Assembly: GCA_963844035.1 (NCBI GenBank)
Contig: CAWJMT010000004.1
Location: 160,001 to 224,000, forward strand
Reading direction: 5' to 3'
DNA from: an uncultured Gemmatimonadales bacterium
GTDB lineage: Bacteria; Gemmatimonadota; Gemmatimonadetes; Gemmatimonadales; GWC2-71-9
Length of the DNA stretch: 64,000 nucleotides
Program-made: the position numbers and the translations under genes
Notes under the pieces: generated by a model
Seen by the model: the letters and a program-made list of their open reading frames with translations, nothing else
Database searches by the model: none
What the model was told of the DNA's origin: nothing
Shown: piece after piece, positions 34,938 through 45,735 of the stretch
How positions within the stretch are numbered: position 1 is the first letter of the stretch
Layout of the letters: every line of letters begins with the position of its first letter

Positions 34938-36062
34938 CTACCAGTTCACCGTGAAGCTCAGAAAGTTGGTGTTTCCCAACGGACCCATGTTGCGCCAGGC
35001 GTAGTCGAACCCCAGGCCAAATCCGCCGCGCTGGTACCCCACGCCGAAGCCGAACGCGATGCCCTGCTGGTTCTCCTTGCTGCTCAACGCCGTGGCGAAC
35101 CCGGCTTCTGTGCCGGGATCGATGTTGTTGGCCGGCTGGTAGGTCCAGCTCCCTCGTCCGGCCACCAGGAACCCCGACTTGCCGATATCCGACAACGCGA
35201 ACTCCCCGCCGACCTCGAACCCGGCCTTGTTGTTGTTAGGCTGGTTGAACTCCGACAGCAGGGTGAAGCGCGTCTGCTCGGTGGACACCGCGTCGACCGC
35301 CAGCGCGACCCGGAACAGCACCGGCAACCCGAAGTCCTTCACCTTGTACTCGGCCGGCTGCGGCTCCTGTGGCACGTCCTCCTGTCCGGGCACCGGATCC
35401 CGCGTCACGCCCACGGCAAGCGGCGGCCCGTTGTACCTCAGAGTCGTGCCGAGGTTTTGAATCACGAACGAGGCGCGGATTGGCCGGCCGGCGGTCGTGG
35501 CGTGAAAGCTCGTGCCGAAGTCCAACGCGAAGGCGGTGGCTTTCACGTCGCCGAGCTTGTCGGAGATGAACTTCGTCGTCGCCCCCACCGAGAACCGATC
35601 GCTGAAATTCTGCGCGTAGGTCGCGCCGACGAACGTTTGCGCGACGCCGTAGGTGCCGCCGGTGCCGTCCGGCTGCTCGACGGTGTATACGGGCTGGTCT
35701 GAGAACCCGAAGTTACCGAGCTGGATGCCGAAGGCGCGCGCCCCACCCGACACCGGAAACGCCAGGCCGGCCCAGGTATAGCGGGTGTTGTCGACATAGT
35801 TGTACGTGGACACCATCGCCCCGGAGTGGTCGAGCTGGGCGGTCCCCGCCGGGTTGTAGTACATGGCGCTGATATCCGTGACCAGCGCTGCGTACGCTCC
35901 CCCCAGGGCGGTGCCACGCGCGCTGGCTCCGAGCAGCAGGAACTCAGCCGACGTCGTACCGTACGCCGTGTTGTCGATCGGGACGCTGACCTGCCCGGCC
36001 AGCCTCCCGGCCAACGGCAGCGCCGCGAGGGCGATGGAGCAGATTCGCAAAATACGCGTCAT
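34938..36062 (-). CDS. porV: PorV/PorQ family outer-membrane beta-barrel
   Basis: AEFLLLGASARGTALGGAY...AMYYNPAG FadL/PorV-type N-terminus, AFALDFG, IQNLG, FDYAW, terminal W. Confidence 0.85.
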   Translation of the reverse strand: MTRILRICSIALAALPLAGRLAGQVSVPIDNTAYGTTSAEFLLLGASARGTALGGAYAALVTDISAMYYNPAGTAQLDHSGAMVSTYNYVDNTRYTWAGLAFPVSGGARAFGIQLGNFGFSDQPVYTVEQPDGTGGTYGVAQTFVGATYAQNFSDRFSVGATTKFISDKLGDVKATAFALDFGTSFHATTAGRPIRASFVIQNLGTTLRYNGPPLAVGVTRDPVPGQEDVPQEPQPAEYKVKDFGLPVLFRVALAVDAVSTEQTRFTLLSEFNQPNNNKAGFEVGGEFALSDIGKSGFLVAGRGSWTYQPANNIDPGTEAGFATALSSKENQQGIAFGFGVGYQRGGFGLGFDYAWRNMGPLGNTNFLSFTVNW

Positions 36063-36083
36063 GGGAACGCTCCCTCTCCAGCG

Positions 36084-39000
36084 CTATTGCGCGAAGTTGA
36101 CGATGGTGAACCGGCCGATTTTCTTCTTCCCGTCGGGCGTCTCGACGTGATAGAAGTACACTCCCGACGCCACGAACTGGTTGTTGCGGTTGCGCAGGTC
36201 CCACTGCAGCTCGGCTCCGCCCGTCACGTCGTTCGCCGTCAGCATCTGCACGAGTATGCCGGACAATGAATAGATCCGGATGATGCACTGGCTCGGCAGG
36301 TTCACGAATCTCAATATCTTGCTGCTGGTGGTCTGCTCGAAGGCGTTGGTGACGTAGTATGGGTCGGGTACGGTATGGATCGTGGCCAGCGCCGAGTCGG
36401 ACGTGACCGCGGCATCGACCGTCGTGCTGGTAAAGCTGGCCCGGACGGTGAGCCCCGGCACGGCAGGCGGCCGGACCTCGCCAGGCTCGAACTTGTAGCT
36501 GCCGACCGTCCCCGTGATGTTGCCGGCGTAGAACCGCGCGTTCCACACGGTGGACGACGGCAGGGTCGCGAGCTGCATCAGGAACCAGTGGCCGTTCAAG
36601 TAGAAGATGAACCCGTTCCCTGTTGGCGCAGTCGCCCCCAACACCGCCGCATTGGCGTAGGTGGCCGACTGGAACACGACGGGCTCGAGCTTCGCGTGGT
36701 TCATCAGTGGCGCCGATACGGTGCACCCCGGGAAACCGCCCAGAAATGCGGGCGCCGGATCAACACACAAGATGTCGGTCCACGTCAGCGTCCCGGTGTT
36801 CTGGTCGGGGGTGCTCGCCGCGGCGAGCCCGGTGAACGACGAATCGTTCAGAAACCCCCAGGACGCGCGGATATTCGACTTGAACGGCACCTTCACATGG
36901 TGCGTCACATCTACCACCGAGTCCACCGTTCCTGCCGTCGCTCCCCAGTAGACCTTGAAGTCTGCGGCTCGGACCACACCGGCGGTGATCCCCTCCATCT
37001 GGCGCATCGGCTGGCTGTTCACCGTGCTGTAGCTCGACGGGTGGAAGATCCCGACGCCTGCAATGGCCCCCGCGTTGCGGGCCAGGTTGGGCTGGACGCA
37101 AGCGGCCGCCACCGGTGAACAGACCAACCCGTTGGGGTCCGCCGTGTTCTCGTTCGCGGCGCCCGCCCACCACCGCGGGCCGTTGAAATCCGAGAGTTCG
37201 GGATCACTATTGATGCTGGCGCGGCCGTACGAGGTGACACGGTAATTGCCCGTCGACCTGAGCGTGAGCCTGCGGCAGCAGCGCGTACGTCGTGTCGCCT
37301 CCGTACGTGCCGGAGAGCGCCTGATCGAATTTGATGGGAGGAAGCAGCTGGCTCGCCGAGTTGGTCGCGGAGAACTGATCCCCCGCGATTGGAATGGCAT
37401 AGGAAACCGTCGGGAAGGGACCGAGCGCCCGTACGTAATACGTAGCGGGGGTGCCACCAAAAACGTCGCCGGGGCCAACCGAGTCGATGATGAGGCGGAG
37501 GCTGTCAGCCTTCACGACCGCGGGGATGAACGCCGGGAATCCAAGCCCGATCCCGTTCGTGGGCGGCATCGGACCGGAGAAGATTCCGGTCGCGTCGAGC
37601 GACGGAAGCGCCGCTTGCGGATTCAGGACGCTGCCGTCGCCGCCCACCAGGGCGAGCGTCAACTGGCCCTGGTCGACCTGCGCTGAGTTCTTGCGGGGCA
37701 CGACCGTTTGCGCCGGCAATTTGCCTTCCAGGGATGCCGCACCAACACCAGTCGATTTGACCGAGTTCACGTCGAACGCAGACACTGTGTAGTAATACGT
37801 GAATCCATTCTTGACACCGTGGTCCACGAAGGCGAACGGGATGCCCGTGTCGGTCAGCGGCTTGCAGGTCTTCTTGATCGCGCAGGTTGTCGCGGTGGAG
37901 CTTCCGGTGACGGCAGTGTCGGCCTGGATCACGAGAATGTCGTTGGTCACGAGCCGGACACGCCCCCCGGGGGGGATCTGCACGAAGGGACTCACCAGCT
38001 GGGACGTGTCCGACACGGTGAACGGATACGCGGTGTCGAACGTCTTCGGGACCTGCAAGGTGTCGTCGACGGCGGGTCGATCGGCGGGCAGCCGGTCTGC
38101 ACACCCAACTCGGGCGCGCAGTTGGGATGCGAGACCGCTCCCGTCCAGTCGATAAACGTGGTGCCGGTCCTGTCGAACTGGGCGACCAGCTCGAGGTCCT
38201 GCGACGTCCGGCCGCGGTAGATGCGGTATCCCTCGACGTCGAACTGCCGGTAGTTCGGGTCGTACAGCGCCGGGTTGAGAGGATCAAAGGTACTCGCGAC
38301 AGCGAAGTACGGGTCGCCTGTCAGTTCAGTCGCCGATGCCTTCCACACGACGGTGACCTCGTTGTCCCCCGGAATCAGGAAGAACGGCGGCGCGTCGGGT
38401 GGGAACGGGAGCAGGAACTTCGCGTCGAATACGGCTTGCGCCACGAGACCCTTCCCGAGCAGCGAGCGCGGCACGACCGCGATCTCGTTCTGCGAGATCT
38501 TGCCGTCCGTCGGCGCGGTGTCGGCGAACGACAGCGCGCCAAAGATGCTGTCCAGCGGCGTGAGCGTCGCGAGTCCCGCCGCAAGCGATTCCGGCTGCGC
38601 GGCGTCGGGACCGGCCGGCGGATAGATGAACGTGGGCCCGCGGGCCGCGATCGCCGGGTGGTCCACCGGCGCCGCGCCGATGTAGGCGACCGCGATCGTC
38701 TGCGACTCTCCCGGCTTCAGCGTGAACGGCCCCGACGACTGGAAGAACCGTACATCGTCGTGCGCCGTGGCGATGTAGCAGACGTGGTAGTCCTTCGGCA
38801 GTTGTCCCGGCGCCTTGTGGGTGTAGGTGCAGGGCGCGTCTCCCAACGCGGTGTTGAGCGTGCCGGACAGGTAGCGGTACAGCTGCGCCGCGTTGCCGGC
38901 GTCGCCGAACGCACCGGCGTTCACCGTGGCGCTGTACAGCACCAGCCCGATCTCCCCGAGCCCGGGATTGGACGGGTTCTTGAGCGGGCTCTTCAGGTAT

Positions 39001-39992
39001 TTCACGCCCACCTCACCCGACGTGGGCGCGAACGGCGGAGCGAAGATCGTGCTGGGGTAGACGAAAGTAGACGCGAACCAGTTGCTCTTGAACGCGATTC
39101 CCATGTTGAAGGGAAGGAATACTGTGGTGAAGTTGGACTTCGCGTCGCTGGCCTCGACGTCCGCGTCCATCGCGAACGCGAAATACCCATCGGTGATCGT
39201 GTAGCCGGTGTCCGGGATCGACACGGCGAACGCGGGGTCGTTTGCCGCCTTGAACCGGGCGCCCAGGATGGCGAGCGAGTCGGCGTCGGGTCGCCCGGCG
39301 TACACGCTCGCCTTGCTGGCCGTGATGTTGGTGACGGTGAAAATCCAGTAGGTGATGTCTTCATTGCCGCTCGGGAAATTCCACGCCAGCCCCCGCTGGT
39401 CCACCAACACGCCGAGCGGATGCGGGCGGCCGGCGTTCTTGGTCGGGTTCCCGTCCCAGTAGCGGGCCCAGGCATCTGCCTGGGACGCCGCCTTGGTGCC
39501 GATCAGCACGGGGGCGTAGAGCGACGTATCGTTCGGGACGTAGGCGTCGCGCGGCCAGTTGCCGAGATCGCTGGCGTCGTTGGATTGCCAAATGAGCGAC
39601 AGTTGTTCGCCGTTCTCGTGGGAGCCGCTCGGGTCCTCGAAGAACGCGGCGGTGGTGTCGCCGGCCCAGGCGAACCCGCTGGCCGGGTCGACGACGCCCG
39701 CGATCTGGACGCCCGACCCGAAGACATATTGGTCGGGTGTCCCGCCCGGCCAGAAGCCGCCGCCCACCGTCGTGGAGCCGTTCGGGTCTACGCACACGTG
39801 CCCGGTGGCATCAAGTCCGCAGTCCCAGCGGTTGACGTTCATCCGCCCGAGGAAGCCGGCGAACAGCGCGTAGGCCCGCCGTCGCGCCGCGCCCGGGACC
39901 GGCACGCCCGTCGCGGCGGGGGCCGTCACGATCACTCCCAGCGCAACCAGCAGCGCGCACCGCAGTCCGTGCGTCAACCAAGCTTTGGACAT
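36084..39992 (-). CDS. Large (~1300 aa) secreted protein with FN3-like region and T9SS-type/FlgD-Ig C-terminal domain; frameshifts near 38058 and 37255
   Basis: RBS GGAGGAG, signal peptide, VTVVW...FDVEGYRIYR and VKNGFTYYYTVSAFD FN3-like motifs, C-terminal IHTVPDPY...IRIYSLSGILV...WDLRN...ASGVYFYHV. Confidence 0.8.
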
Positions 39993-40027
39993 GACCCCAC
40001 TCCTCCGTGAAAAAGAGCGCCGCGTCA

Positions 40028-43000
40028 TCAGAACGACAGCTCCGCCCCGATGCGGATCCTCCGGCCCGGCCCGTAGAACCGGCTTTCCGCATTCTGCAGG
40101 TTGTAGTACGCGGTGAAGGCCGCCGTGTATTCGGTGGGCGTGAACTTCCCGTCTCCGTCGCCGAAGCGTGCTTCGGCCCGCTCGAGCAGCACGCAGTCCA
40201 CCGGGCCGCTGCCGAAGTTGCCGCTGTTGCTGCCCTGCCAGTTGTTGCAGCCGCCGACGCCGAGCGACGTGAAATCCACCGTGTTATCCGGCTTGAGGAT
40301 GCCGGCGCCGTTCGCCTCGTTGATCAGGATCCCTACTTGCTCGTCAACGACCTTCTTACGGAATGTCCCGTAGTTGATGCCACCGGTCTCGAGGAACGCA
40401 TTGACGACGTTCTTGAAATTGATGATGTTGGTCCCCTCAGCGAACAGGGTCCAATCGCTCCGGCCCACCTTCAACCCCTTGGTGATCCGCAGGTCCAGGT
40501 TCTTGAACCACGGCAGCGTCGAGGTGTTCAGCTCGCCGTTCGGTACCAAAAACTGGCACGAAAGCCCGCACCGGCTGTCCAGGGTGTAGCCCTGATCCTG
40601 CGCCACCAGCAACGTGTACGGCAGACCGCTGACCACGCGGAATGTCGCGAAGGCCCCCAGGTTCCGCAGCACGCCGCCGAGTAAGCTGCCCTTCATCCAG
40701 TCGTCGGGGAACTGCAGTGAGGCGGACCCGCTGATGTTGTGCGTGCGGTTGTCATCCGTCGCCTGGATCGCCTGCGCCGGGTCGCTCGTCTGCCCGGTGA
40801 ACGCATTGATCGACCGTCCCGCCAGCGTGGTGTAGCTGAACGGGTCGGAGCCGGTGTTCTTCGCCACCTGGAAGGTGTAGGAGACCGCGCCGCGGAACAG
40901 GTTCGAGAAGCGGCGGTCGAGCCGGACGTCGATGCCCCGCACGTTCCCGAAGTCCGCGTTGGTCGCCGCGCGCCAATCGCCGTTCTCGTAGGTACCCGGC
41001 ACAGACGAGGGTGACAGCGGGTCCGGCAGGTGTACCAGTCGCACGCTCATGTCCGACAGCTTGTCCTTGTTGTAGGCCGCCACGTCCAGCACCATGTCTC
41101 GGCTGAACGCGTGCCGGACCGCGAACTCGAAGATGATGGTCTTGCCGAAGTTCAGATCCCGGCCGTAGGTCTGATTGCGGTTGGTCACGCTCAAGTCGGT
41201 GTTGAGCCCGCGGAACATCAGGTCGAAGTCCGGCACCTGCACCTGGTGGGCGTAGGAAAGCCGGAAGTTCGTGTTCTCGGTGACCGGAAACGATACCTGG
41301 ACCCGTGGACTCCAGGCCGAGTGGACCGGCGCCGGTATGAACTTCGCCGTGGGATTGTAGGGATCGAACGGCGTGGGGTCCACCGGAATTCCCGACGCTC
41401 CCTCCTCCGTGATCGGAGGCATGGACGAGATGCGCCCGGGAGTGTAGGGGAAGCTCGCCCGCGTGTCGTAGCGGTCGTACCGCAAGCCACCGACGATGAC
41501 CACGTCGCCCAAATCCAGCCGGTCTTCCAGGTACCCCCCCCAGCGTACGGGCTTTTCGTGGTACGCGTTGAGCCCGAACGACGAGTTCATGCCGTTGGTC
41601 GCGTTATAGCGCGCCGTGTCGAAGAAGTGGAATTCGCCGCCCAGCTTGACCCGGTTGAACCGGTCCGCTTGCCAATCGAAGTTGGCGCGTCCCTCCATGC
41701 GCGACTCGAGCGACATGTCGAGGGCGTTGTCCAACCCGCTGGTCCACAACGACAACCGATTGCTTTGCGACACGCCGTACGGGTTCATCCGGTAGGGCTG
41801 CACGGAGTTCATGTCATTGTTGTTCAAGTACGGCACGTCGTCCTGGCACGCCCCTTCGCCCGCCGCGACACACTGAATCTGGCGGTCGTCCAGGAACCGC
41901 ACGTCCGTATAGGTCGAATCCTTGATGCGGACGGTATGGGTGGTGTTGAAGTCCACCACGTAGTCGAACGGATGAAGGATGAAGCCGCCAAAGGGGTCGC
42001 GCGACGAGGCCTCCGATTCGCGCGTCAGGGGAGCCGCGATCCGGCGGTCCTTTTGATAGGACAGGTTCACGTCCAGCGCCATCGCCCGCTCGGTGGACCG
42101 TGCGAGGTTCTGCGTCCAGTTCAGGATCGTGGCGTAGCTCGTGGCGCTCGTCCCGGTGTAATTCGCCGGGTTGTAGAGGCTGCTGGCCGCACCGCTCACG
42201 ATGACCTGGCCCAACCCCAGGTTCCGATTCATCTCGTTGCTCGCGAGCCCGAGGAGACTGATGCGCGACCCCGATCCGTAGGTGTATTGCAGCTTGGCGG
42301 TGGCCGTGTTGGCGCCCCAGGCTGAGATCGGCGTTCGCAGCCCTTGGCAGTCGTAGCCGTAGTTGTCGCGGATTTGCGTCGCGGTCGCACTGGTCGCCGC
42401 TCCCGGAGCGGCGCCGTACTCGCCGCAGGTGCCGTTGTACTGCACGAAGCGCGGGACTACAATGGCGGCCGTATCGGTGAGCGCTTCTCCCCAGGTCCCG
42501 GGCTGGTGCACCACCGTATCGACGCCGCTCATGATCCAGATCGGCCGATCGTTCTGCGTGCCGGCCGGGATGTCCATCGGCACATTCACCTGCCCGGTCC
42601 CGCCCAGGTCCGTGGTCGTCATCGACGCCTTCTGTCCCTGCATCGTGCCGGCGACGAAGAACGTCAACCGGCCGATGATCGGTCCACCAAAACTCGCCTC
42701 GAGGCGGTTGAAGCCGACGGCGTCCCACATGCCGACGTCGTCCGTCTGGTAGGACAAGGCCCCCTGAAACTTGGATCCGCCGGCTCTGGTCGTGTAGGCG
42801 AGCACGCCCGACTGGGCGTCGCCAAACGCCGCAGACAGCGCGCCGGTCGTGACCGATGCCTCTTCCACCGCGTTCGTACCGACCGTGAGCGGGCTGGAGC
42901 CGCGCTGCGTGTTGCGGACCAGCACGCCGTCCACGTACACCGCCGCCTCGCCCGGGCGACCGCCGCGCACCGACACGCCCTTGGTCTTGTCGCTCTCCAC

Positions 43001-43504
43001 GACGCCGGGTTGGAGGCTCAGAACTTTGCGGAGGTCATCGACGGGGAGGTTTTGCAGATCGGCGGAGGTGATGGTCGTCTTGGAGGTCACCTGGTCGCGC
43101 GGGACAATCGGGTTGGCGGCAGCCTCGACAGTCACCGCGCCGATCGCCACGGCGGATGCCGTGAGCTTGATGTTGGTGGTCAGCGTCTGACCGCCCAGCA
43201 CGCGAATGCCCGTCACCTCGGATGCGGTGTACCCGATAAACTTCGCCCGGACAGTGTAGACACCGGCCGGGACGTTGTTCATGAAGTAGTAGCCGCGTTC
43301 GCTCGTCAGGGATCCGAATGCTGTCCCGACGAGCGTGACTTGCACGCTCCCGATGGGCGCCCCCGACTGATCGGTGACGGTGCCCTCGATCTTCCCTGTG
43401 GCCTCTTGAGCAGCGAGCGCGGTGATGGCGCACCCGAGCACCACCGCCGACGCGACGCCGATCGCGGATAGGCGCGCGAAAGCGCGACGCACACGATGCG
43501 TCAT
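40028..43504 (-). CDS. TonB-dependent receptor with N-terminal carboxypeptidase-regulatory-like domain (1158 aa)
   Basis: RBS GGAGG; TGKIEGTVTD, LSLQPGV, VRGGR, YVDGV plug motifs, GLRYD, SPR, C-terminal GRRIRIGAELSF. Confidence 0.92.
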   Translation of the reverse strand: MTHRVRRAFARLSAIGVASAVVLGCAITALAAQEATGKIEGTVTDQSGAPIGSVQVTLVGTAFGSLTSERGYYFMNNVPAGVYTVRAKFIGYTASEVTGIRVLGGQTLTTNIKLTASAVAIGAVTVEAAANPIVPRDQVTSKTTITSADLQNLPVDDLRKVLSLQPGVVESDKTKGVSVRGGRPGEAAVYVDGVLVRNTQRGSSPLTVGTNAVEEASVTTGALSAAFGDAQSGVLAYTTRAGGSKFQGALSYQTDDVGMWDAVGFNRLEASFGGPIIGRLTFFVAGTMQGQKASMTTTDLGGTGQVNVPMDIPAGTQNDRPIWIMSGVDTVVHQPGTWGEALTDTAAIVVPRFVQYNGTCGEYGAAPGAATSATATQIRDNYGYDCQGLRTPISAWGANTATAKLQYTYGSGSRISLLGLASNEMNRNLGLGQVIVSGAASSLYNPANYTGTSATSYATILNWTQNLARSTERAMALDVNLSYQKDRRIAAPLTRESEASSRDPFGGFILHPFDYVVDFNTTHTVRIKDSTYTDVRFLDDRQIQCVAAGEGACQDDVPYLNNNDMNSVQPYRMNPYGVSQSNRLSLWTSGLDNALDMSLESRMEGRANFDWQADRFNRVKLGGEFHFFDTARYNATNGMNSSFGLNAYHEKPVRWGGYLEDRLDLGDVVIVGGLRYDRYDTRASFPYTPGRISSMPPITEEGASGIPVDPTPFDPYNPTAKFIPAPVHSAWSPRVQVSFPVTENTNFRLSYAHQVQVPDFDLMFRGLNTDLSVTNRNQTYGRDLNFGKTIIFEFAVRHAFSRDMVLDVAAYNKDKLSDMSVRLVHLPDPLSPSSVPGTYENGDWRAATNADFGNVRGIDVRLDRRFSNLFRGAVSYTFQVAKNTGSDPFSYTTLAGRSINAFTGQTSDPAQAIQATDDNRTHNISGSASLQFPDDWMKGSLLGGVLRNLGAFATFRVVSGLPYTLLVAQDQGYTLDSRCGLSCQFLVPNGELNTSTLPWFKNLDLRITKGLKVGRSDWTLFAEGTNIINFKNVVNAFLETGGINYGTFRKKVVDEQVGILINEANGAGILKPDNTVDFTSLGVGGCNNWQGSNSGNFGSGPVDCVLLERAEARFGDGDGKFTPTEYTAAFTAYYNLQNAESRFYGPGRRIRIGAELSF

Positions 43505-43745
43505 GGGTCTACCCTCCGAATACGTGAAAGCGCTTGGACGACCGACCAACCATTGACGCAACGACGGCACGGCGCTCCTCCATCTAGACGGCCCAGATCG
43601 GAGTGCTAACGGCGGACGGCCCCAAATTCGGGCACCGCACTTTTGCGAAGATGACACCCGTTTGGGGGGTCCGCAAGACCCCATGTTGGGTTGGGACTTT
43701 AGGTCAATCCGGCGCGAAAAACTCTGAGACTTTCAGGGCGCCCCT

Positions 43746-43761
43746 AGCAAGACGGGTGCCT
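43746..43761 (-). promoter_or_regulatory. Sigma54 -24/-12 promoter upstream of the TBDR operon
   Basis: Minus strand AGGCAC-CCGTC-TTGCT, close to consensus TGGCAC-N5-TTGCW, about 240 nt before the TBDR ATG. Confidence 0.65.
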
Positions 43762-43857
43762 CCCTGATTCCGCAACCCGCGAGCGCGAGCAGGACTCGGC
43801 GTGGGACTATAGGATCGTGATGTGTGTCGTGGCGGAGTGTCGCGGCAACACGCTCGA

Positions 43858-45070
43858 TCAGACGAGGAAGAGCTCCTGTTGCGGGGCCGGTGGCGTCACC
43901 TCGGGTCCGGTCTCGCCGAGATAAACGTTCATCTCGCTGCGCATCCCGAACCTGCCGGGAAGGTATATCCCGGGCTCCACCGAGAACCCCACCCCCGGGA
44001 TCAACGTGCGCGTGTCGGCGGTCTCGAAGTTGTCGAGGTGCGGCCCGGACCCGTGCAGGTCCCGGTCGATCGAATGCCCGGTGCGATGCACGAAGATACT
44101 GACCGTAGCCCGCATCGCGAATCACCCCCCGGGCGACGTCGTCCAGATCCGCCCCGCTGACCCCGAGATCCCCGTCCTTGACCCCGCCCTTGCCGTAGCG
44201 CCCGCGCAACACGGCGACCACGGCGTCGCGCGCACGCTGGACGGCGCTCCATACCCGGAGCACCTCGGCATCGGGGGCGCGCCCGGCGAACGCCATCCAC
44301 GTCTGGTCGGCGAACACGCTCCCCTTGGCCGGCCCCGCCCATAGATCGAGCAGCAGGATCTGGCCCATCTCCAGCCGCAAGTCCGCCCCCGCGAGCGGCT
44401 CGTAGTGCGGCAGCGCGGAGTTGCGCTGGAACGCGACGACCGGAGGATGGTCGGTGACGAGCCCGGCCCGCGCGATGGCGTCGAGTACGCGGCGCTGCAC
44501 CGTCGTCTCGCGGACCTCGGCGCCACGGGCTGTTTCCGCCCCGGCCCACCGCAGCGCCTCGCCCGCGATCTCCGCCAGCGCGCCGGCGGCGCGGCGGTGT
44601 CCCGTCAGCTCCTCGGGGCTCCACCGCGCCGCGAACCGCGTCACCAGCCGGCCGGACGAGACGACGCGCGCCCCGAGCGATTCCAGCAGCTCGATGACGC
44701 CGTGGGGCACGCGATCGAGATACGGCACGGCGTCGGCGGGGGAGACTTCCATCGCGAGGGTCTTGCCCGCGACGAGCGATCGCACCTCGGCGTGCAGCTC
44801 GCGCCAGGTGGAGTAGGGCCGGATGTCCCCGGGGAATCCCGCGAGCGCGTGCTCCTCGATCCGATGCGCCACGGCGACCGGCCGCCCGGTGCGGGGCAGG
44901 AACACGAACAGGCGCCGCGTCCCCATTCCCACGCCGGCGTCGCCGAGCACCCGCCCGACGACGGGATTGACTCCCCGAAAGTCGAACAGCATCCAGGCGT
45001 CGGCGCCCATGTCGCCGAGCGAGGCGGCGAGCGCTTTGAGATCGAGACCGTCGAGGGGCTTCGCCGTCAT
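43858..45070 (-). CDS. M24 family Xaa-Pro aminopeptidase (frameshift near 44097)
   Basis: NSALPHYEP, LLDLWA, FADQTW, HRTGHSID, FSVEPGIY, GMRSE. Confidence 0.9.
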
Positions 45071-45672
45071 TGGTGGCGGGGATCGGGTGAGGCGGCTCGC
45101 CACTCGCAGCGAACCGCACCGGACGCACGACACGACGCATGCACCATGGTTCCCTCGAACCCCATCAGCAGGCGGAGCAGCTCGGAGAACGCGGAGGCGT
45201 ACAGGGTGCACGCGGCTCCGTCCGGCGTCGCGTTGACCGCAAAGTTTTCTCGGATCGCCGCGACGGGGACATGTCCTTCGCGGCGCAGCTCGATTCCCAG
45301 CACCGCCCGGGCGGCTCGTCGGGCGGCGCCAAACCCGAGCAGGCGGGGCGCAAGGCGCGCGGCGAGGCGCGAGGTGATGAACAGCCGTTTCACCGCGCGG
45401 CGCGCGACGCGCCGGCCCGCGTCGGCGAACACCAGATCGGCGTCCGGGCGGCGTCCTACCAGGCGCAGCAACGCTTCGACGTGCGCCCGTTCAACACGGG
45501 CGTCGCGCCGCACCAGCGCCTCGTACTGCGCCAGTTGCAGGGTAACAGTCGCGGACAGGCCCAGGCGTTTGCTCAGCAACTCGTCGGCAAACTCGGTCAG
45601 CCCGTCTTCGACCGGCGTGTCGAGGTTGCGAACGGCTTCCAGGACGGCCAGCGGCACGATGCTATGGACCAC
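45067..45672 (-). CDS. Hypothetical protein with V4R-like C-terminus
   Basis: C..Y...F....HASCRASGAVRCEW pattern resembles V4R/BchJ metal ligands; stop overlaps the peptidase start. Confidence 0.6.
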   Translation of the reverse strand: MVHSIVPLAVLEAVRNLDTPVEDGLTEFADELLSKRLGLSATVTLQLAQYEALVRRDARVERAHVEALLRLVGRRPDADLVFADAGRRVARRAVKRLFITSRLAARLAPRLLGFGAARRAARAVLGIELRREGHVPVAAIRENFAVNATPDGAACTLYASAFSELLRLLMGFEGTMVHASCRASGAVRCEWRAASPDPRHQ

Positions 45673-45699
45673 GGAGCGCGAAACCTAGCACCCCGTTGC

Positions 45700-45725
45700 G
45701 GAACTCGGGAGGCCAAGTCCAAGTT
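45700..45725 (+). promoter_or_regulatory. ECF (SigR/SigH-type) autoregulatory promoter
   Basis: GGAAC-N18-GTT ending 10 nt before the sigma factor ATG. Confidence 0.6.
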
Positions 45726-45735
45726 TCGACACCCT

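Noticed and set aside
43505..43745. Cobalamin or TPP riboswitch ahead of the TonB receptor
   Set aside because: No recognisable B12-box or TPP core motifs by eye; needs an Infernal scan
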